A stretch of DNA of 64,000 nucleotides from Patescibacteria group bacterium (lineage in GTDB: Bacteria > Patescibacteriota > Patescibacteriia > JAHJFT01): contig JAQTTB010000002.1 in NCBI GenBank assembly GCA_028710985.1, positions 86,750 to 150,749 of the forward strand, given 5' to 3'. The notes beneath the pieces were generated by a model. That model was not told the DNA's origin and ran no database searches. It worked only from the letters and a program-made list of their open reading frames with translations. Made by a program: the position numbers and the translations under genes. This document shows positions 63,401 to 64,000 of this stretch, piece by piece. Numbering within the stretch: position 1 is the first letter of the stretch; every line of letters begins with the position of its first letter.

Positions 63401-63630
63401 GCGACCTTGCGCGCCAGAGCCGCATCCTTCATCCCCGCGTCCGTAAAGCTGTACCAAATAGATTTGGTGAGCTTATCCGGGTTGAAATCCTGCACGTCCC
63501 CGTTTCTTTTCTTTATATTTTTTACCGTGGCCAAATACTGCCAAACCCGCTCCGGCACCTCCTTGGCCGCAAGTGAATCCGTGACGGAAAAAAATTGTTT
63601 TTCTTGGCCGCGCGAAATTGATTGGTCCAT
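60487..63630 (-). CDS. nrdJ: Class II (adenosylcobalamin-dependent) ribonucleoside-triphosphate/diphosphate reductase with an N-terminal ATP-cone and a C-terminal zinc ribbon
   Basis: ATP-cone (VKKRNGDVQDF), active-site blocks NPCSEY and CNLASINL, and the C-terminal CDTCG...CYKCLNCG; 1047 aa. Confidence 0.85.
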   Translation of the reverse strand: MDQSISRGQEKQFFSVTDSLAAKEVPERVWQYLATVKNIKKRNGDVQDFNPDKLTKSIWYSFTDAGMKDAALARKVASQVLSRLAYQFNGHTTPTSDEVREIVQVTLIDHNLTHVAKCFIAYRQKKGQSLEKVPVYGPGIRFTRFFTVPGVHPYDAIEWERRDARITNDKGEVVFEQKDVEVPKAWSQTATNIVVSKYFRGQIGKPDRELSLKQMIDRVTKTITDWGRCGGYFETQEDAQAFEDELCYILANQYAAFNSPVWFNVGISERPQTSACFINSVQDDMRSILNLAMTEGMLFKYGSGTGSNLSSLRSSKEFLGSSSGKSSGPVSFMKGFDAFAGVIKSGGKTRRAAKMVILNIDHPDIVEFINCKSSEEKKAWALIDAGYDGSFDGEAYNSIFFQNANNSVRVNDDFMHAVEADEEWATKKVTTGETLEKFRAKDLMKQISKAAWICGDPGLQFDTTVNRWHTCPVSGRINASNPCSEYMFLDDSACNLASINLMKCRREDGEFDTQQFIHTARTLVTAQEIVIDNSSYPTPAIEQNARDFRPLGLGYANLGALLMSRGLAYDGDEGRNFAAGVTSLMTATAYDQSARLAERLGTFRCYPENEESFLRVIEMHRDASQRIEPAGAPPLLLETANRMWDEALAHGQESGYKNAQVTVLAPTGTIGFLMDCDTTGIEPDIALVKYKWLVGGGLIKMINHTVPEALADLGYPAEQVKLILEYIDANDTIEGAPNLKEEHLKVFDCAFKPQNGKRSIHYIGHVKMMSAVQPFLSGAISKTVNMPEDATEDEIAETYMLAWRSGLKAIAIYRNNSKRTQPLTTSKDGKDVKPAKAAEARAEEYKPRRRRMPDERRSITHKFSVANHEGYITVGMFDNGEPGEIFITMSKTGSVISGLMDAFATSVSIGMQYGVPLRVLVNKFAHMRFEPSGVTNNPNIRIAKSIIDYIFRWLSMKFLPAEEQAMIGINAPQELPQQIETQTPSEKVEEIDLKKQKLPLGRQLGQDDTVTFDMQADAPVCDTCGSMMVRNGACYKCLNCGGTSGCS

Positions 63631-63672
63631 ATTGGCAATATTTAGCTGTATTTAAAGCGAGAATAAAAAATA

Positions 63673-63712
63673 CCTGCCTGCCGCCTGCCTGCCGGTAGGC
63701 AGGGCAGGCAGG
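63673..63712. repeat. Nested double REP-like palindrome upstream of nrdJ
   Basis: cctgcctgccgcctgcctgccggtaggcagggcaggcagg. Confidence 0.5.
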
Positions 63713-63748
63713 TGAGTCGTAAAACGGATAACTCATATTAATGTCCTG

Positions 63749-63797
63749 ACACAATATCTTGTGCCCGCAAAAACTATTATAACACAAGATATTGTGT
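63749..63797 (-). promoter_or_regulatory. Two NrdR-box-like 15-16-bp palindromes (ACACAATATCTTGTG and ACACAAGATATTGTGT) about 33 bp apart flanking a TATAAT, upstream of nrdJ
   Basis: Matches the NrdR box consensus acaCwAtATaTwGtgt; on the minus strand, box 2 is followed immediately by TATAAT. Confidence 0.55.
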
Positions 63798-64000
63798 TCC
63801 GCTTGTGGATAACTCACCCAATTTCTGGTTCTGCTATTGCCTAAAATTTATACAGATAAAAGCACCCCGCCCCAACCCGCTCTTTCCGGACCGCCGACCG
63901 CCTGAGAAGCGGAAAGGCGCAACAAACCACCCTCGCCCCAGGCTTAACCTCTTTTTCAATCTTTTCTTCGAGTCGAACCATGGCCTTGGGCATAAGGTAG

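Noticed and set aside
60487-63630. An intein within the 1047-aa NrdJ
   Set aside because: The length is explained by the ATP-cone plus the C-terminal zinc ribbon. No Hint-domain block pattern (C/S...TxxH...HN-C/S/T) was seen.

Overview
This window reads as a compact, gene-dense bacterial chromosomal segment of about 50% GC, and almost every gene is on the minus strand. Gene content and style fit a small-genome Patescibacteria/CPR-like organism (inference): the dcw cell-wall cluster is split into three dispersed pieces, most genes lack a Shine-Dalgarno sequence, the ribonucleotide reductase is class II with an adjacent CobA, RmlA is the short form, and there are many glycosyltransferases and membrane-anchored hypotheticals. 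The housekeeping core consists of: (1) murD/murE/ftsB at 0.7-4.9 kb, (2) murG-ftsW-mraY at 14.7-18.0 kb, (3) ftsI-murF at 52.3-55.4 kb, (4) rpmA, pyrG, rplI, a S41 protease and murA, (5) a dTDP-sugar cluster (rmlA, rmlD, an FdtA-like isomerase, rmlB), (6) an hrcA-controlled heat-shock operon (hrcA, grpE, hsp20, dnaK, dnaJ) with a CIRCE operator, (7) a MacAB-like ABC efflux set, (8) a P-type Ca-ATPase next to a Ca/Na exchanger, (9) rarA, (10) cobA, and (11) nrdJ with NrdR boxes. Three tRNAs are present: Lys-UUU, Glu-CUC and Pro-CGG. Several accessory or selfish features are layered on this core. These are: (1) a 451-bp unit carrying a DUF559 endonuclease gene exactly bounded by 44-bp inverted repeats, (2) an AT-rich PIN-plus-zinc-ribbon nuclease gene inserted inside the heat-shock operon, (3) a RAYT (IS200-like) transposase with a GTAG palindrome embedded in its own reading frame, (4) a cluster of 20-bp REP-like perfect palindromes around cobA/nrdJ/tRNA-Pro, (5) both tRNA-Lys and tRNA-Pro flanked by duplicated fragments of their own 5' and 3' ends, with a conserved 32-nt hairpin inserted into the 5' copies and, at tRNA-Pro, a GIY-YIG nuclease cassette, and (6) a roughly 590-nt GC-rich structured non-coding locus at 48.59-49.18 kb that has its own promoter, two 52-54-nt direct repeats and an intrinsic terminator, followed by small genes that carry Shine-Dalgarno sequences. 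No rRNA genes, CRISPR arrays, cas genes or prophage structural genes were seen. All protein calls come from motif recognition in the supplied translations; no database searches were run.
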